A DNA stretch of 63,998 nucleotides, counting the filler. It is 4 parts of 4 records of this genome, joined end to end, with 100 filler letters (N's around TTAATTAATTAA, not from the genome) between each part and the next. Parts side by side here need not be neighbours in the genome. Positions count along the whole stretch, not along the records: positions 58,679 to 63,998 come from SRR20825006_409; 3 more parts are not named here. The stretch is one strand, 5' to 3'. The stretch's first letter is position 1. Each line of letters opens with the position of its first letter. This document shows, piece by piece, positions 60,287 to 63,998 of this stretch. The position numbers were made by a program, and so were the translations under genes. A model generated the notes under the pieces. The model worked only from the letters and a program-made list of their open reading frames with translations, searched no databases and was not told where the DNA came from.

Positions 60287-60718
60287 TTGACCAACCCCCT
60301 CGTCAAACAGGTGGCGCATACCTGTATTTTTGCCCGCGACCTCGACGCCGTAGAAACGTTCTACCGTGACGCGATGGGCGTGGCACCCAAGTTCGACTTC
60401 AAGCGCGGCGACGAGCGGATCGGCTTCTATCTGGATTTCGGCAATCGCACCTTTGTCGAGGTGTTCAAGAAGGGCGAGAGCCGGTTCGAGGAAAGCAACC
60501 AGATCAACCATATCTGCTTTGAGACCGACGATATCGATGGGTTCATGGCCAATGCCAGGGCCAAGGGCCTTGCGGTGACCGACAAAAAACTGGGTGTCGA
60601 CCATACCTGGCAATGCTGGCTGGCCGATCCGAGCGGGGTGAAGATCGAGATCTTTCAGTACACACCGGACAGCATGCAGTTCGGGCCGGACGGGGCGGTC
60701 TGCCAGGTGGACTGGTAG
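60287..60718 (+). CDS. VOC/glyoxalase family protein
   Basis: H..FYRDAMG, E, HICF, DPSGVKIE; GGAGGAG RBS before TTG. Confidence 0.88.
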   Translation: MTNPLVKQVAHTCIFARDLDAVETFYRDAMGVAPKFDFKRGDERIGFYLDFGNRTFVEVFKKGESRFEESNQINHICFETDDIDGFMANARAKGLAVTDKKLGVDHTWQCWLADPSGVKIEIFQYTPDSMQFGPDGAVCQVDW

Positions 60719-60793
60719 TCGATCACGAAACTGTGGAGGCGCAAGGCACCGCCTCCACATGTTTTCGCCGCAAGTGGCCGCGAAGCATGGGAC

Positions 60794-61813
60794 ATGAAGA
60801 CATCACCTGCCCTGCTCGCCGTCCTGTTCGTCCTTTCACCCTTGCCCGCCCTGGCGCAGACGCAAGATCTCGCTGCCGTTCTTGAAGCGGCCGATACCCT
60901 TGAACCGCTCGAAGTGGTGGTTGTGGCGCAGGAAGGCGACATCCTGGCCGAGCGCGGCTATGACGGCCATGCGCCGGGCGATCCGACCAATATCAAGTCG
61001 GCCTCCAAAAGCGTGGTGTCGGCCCTGGTCGGTATTGCCATCGACAAGGGACTGATCGAAGGGGTTGACCAGCCGATTGCCGATTTCCTGAGCGATGATT
61101 TTCCTGCCGATGCGGATCCTCGACTGGATATGGTGACGGTTGGGCATTTGCTGTCGATGCAGGCCGGACTCGGTCGTACATCCGGGCCGAACTATGGCCG
61201 CTGGGTGGCCAGTAACAACTGGGTGCGCTCGGCACTTGCACAGGCTTTCGAAACCGATCCGGGCGGCGCGATGCAGTATTCGACAGGCTCGAGCCATCTG
61301 CTCTCGGCCATCCTGACACGGGTGAGCGGGCGTTCGACCCTGGATCTGGCCGAGGACTGGTTCGGGGCTGTCCCGGAGTTTGATATTGCCGGATGGGAGC
61401 GCGATCCGCAGGGGATTTACCTGGGTGGCAACCAGATGGCGATGAGTCCACACTCGCTCCTGGGCTTCGGGGAGGTGTTTCGCACGGGTGGGCTGGCGCC
61501 GGATGGCTCAAGGATCGTTTCGGAAGACTGGATTGCGCAGTCCTGGGTGGAACGGACCAATTCCCGATTCAGCGGCGACGGCTATGGCTATGGCTGGTTC
61601 CTGCGGGAGATCGGCGGCGAAGCGGTGCGCTACGGCTGGGGCTATGGCGGACAGATGATCTATATCGTGCCGGCGCTGGACCTGACCGTGGTGATGACGT
61701 CGGACGAGTTCTCGCCCTCCGCCGGGAACGGCCATCGCGACGCGCTGCATGACCTGCTAGCGGAGATTATCGGGGTGGTCGGTGTGGAGGAAGCAAGCGC
61801 TGCCCAGGATTAG
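60794..61813 (+). CDS. Exported serine hydrolase (class C beta-lactamase-like)
   Basis: Signal peptide, SxxK (SASK), LLSMQAG, YSTG, YGYGW, GYGGQ. Confidence 0.88.
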   Translation: MKTSPALLAVLFVLSPLPALAQTQDLAAVLEAADTLEPLEVVVVAQEGDILAERGYDGHAPGDPTNIKSASKSVVSALVGIAIDKGLIEGVDQPIADFLSDDFPADADPRLDMVTVGHLLSMQAGLGRTSGPNYGRWVASNNWVRSALAQAFETDPGGAMQYSTGSSHLLSAILTRVSGRSTLDLAEDWFGAVPEFDIAGWERDPQGIYLGGNQMAMSPHSLLGFGEVFRTGGLAPDGSRIVSEDWIAQSWVERTNSRFSGDGYGYGWFLREIGGEAVRYGWGYGGQMIYIVPALDLTVVMTSDEFSPSAGNGHRDALHDLLAEIIGVVGVEEASAAQD

Positions 61814-61846
61814 CGCCCTGGTATCCTGATTGGCGCTGGTTCCGCG

Positions 61847-62023
61847 CTACTCCTCGCGCTTGTGCCCATCAACGTGCTTTTCTGCACGTGATTTCTCGCT
61901 CGCGCCCTTGAGCTTCTCGGCCTTGGTGCGGCCGAATTTGGCGCGGTTCTGTTCGGCCGTCGCGGCCTTTTCGGCGCGGGTCTTGTTCTTGCGGGCGGTG
62001 CGGAGGTTGATGATCTCGGCCAT
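61847..62023 (-). CDS. DUF4169-like small basic protein (58 aa, absent from ORF track)
   Basis: Hand translation MAEIINLRTARKNKTRAEKAATAEQNRAKFGRTKAEK...HKREE*. Confidence 0.8.
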   Translation of the reverse strand: MAEIINLRTARKNKTRAEKAATAEQNRAKFGRTKAEKLKGASEKSRAEKHVDGHKREE

Positions 62024-62164
62024 GGCGTTTTTCCGATGTGGGGCACCTGGTGCGCCAGGCGGCTCTTCCTAGCATATTCGCCCATACGGTCACATGCGCA
62101 TTGGGCAGGCGGCGGAACCGTGATTTGTTCGCCACAGTTGTTATGAGGGTACAGGAGGACTGAC

Positions 62165-62488
62165 ATGCCGAAATTTGTGACAATCGGCTATGGCGACCGC
62201 CAGGGCTATGACCGCACACCTCAGACCGTGCGGGACGCGGCGCATGCCCATGACGAGAAACTCAAAGCGGAAGGGGCGCTGGTTGGCATAGCGGGGCGGC
62301 CGGTTCAGGTCCGTAATCCCGAGGGAAAGGCGATGCAGGTCACCGACGGCAGTTTCATGGCCGCATCCCTGCCCGTTGCCGGATTTGCCATTATCGAGGC
62401 CGACACTCTGGAAGATGCCATCGAGAAGGTGGCCAAGGTGCCATGCGCCGTGGCGCATGGCGTGGTCGAGGTGTGGCCGCTGGAATAG
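62165..62488 (+). CDS. YciI/DGPF family protein
   Basis: TDGSF, GFAIIEADTLEDA, VEVWPL; AGGAGG RBS. Confidence 0.8.
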   Translation: MPKFVTIGYGDRQGYDRTPQTVRDAAHAHDEKLKAEGALVGIAGRPVQVRNPEGKAMQVTDGSFMAASLPVAGFAIIEADTLEDAIEKVAKVPCAVAHGVVEVWPLE

Positions 62489-62493
62489 CCGGC

Positions 62494-63998
<1,505 letters not shown>

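Noticed and set aside
60794..61813. Bona fide beta-lactam resistance gene
   Set aside because: YST rather than YxN and no KTG triad; fits the broad esterase/amidase serine hydrolase group

Overview
The window is four unrelated contigs joined by artificial 100-bp linkers (N-run + TTAATTAATTAA + N-run) at 9609-9708, 33115-33214 and 58579-58678. Contig 1 (1-9608) is a GC-rich alphaproteobacterium, probably Hyphomonadaceae-like. It carries the uvrA 3' end, three paralogous membrane proteins, trmFO-queE, a glutaredoxin-MauE fusion divergent from a MerR regulator with a mer-type operator, sodB and a partial DEAD-box helicase. Contig 2 (9709-33114) is Flavobacteriaceae core genome: pnp, rpsO, accD, fbaA, tamL, porT, menG/ubiE, trkAH, ypdA, an aminotransferase, a desaturase, rsmG, pruA, apaG and nqrAB. 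Contig 3 (33215-58578) is another Flavobacteriales genome. It opens with an AT-rich accessory segment: a structured leader, a methyltransferase plus small wHTH-like ORF, an inverted degenerate group II intron 3' fragment, a partial attC-like hairpin and a lipoprotein. It continues with lon, meaB, a CarH/LitR-type regulator with a crtI-crtB-idi-cruF-crtZ-crtY cluster, porQ, cmk, mazG and a TonB-dependent receptor. Contig 4 (58679-63998) is a GC-rich alphaproteobacterial pyrG...eno interval with accessory genes. The best leads are: (1) a possible integron-like cassette array in Bacteroidota hit by an attC-type group IIC intron; (2) the MerR/Grx-MauE module; (3) a shared TGTTTAA-N16-TTAAAC operator for the B12 photoreceptor-type regulator; (4) an NqrM-like microprotein. 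All taxonomy and family calls are from visual motif recognition, not database searches.
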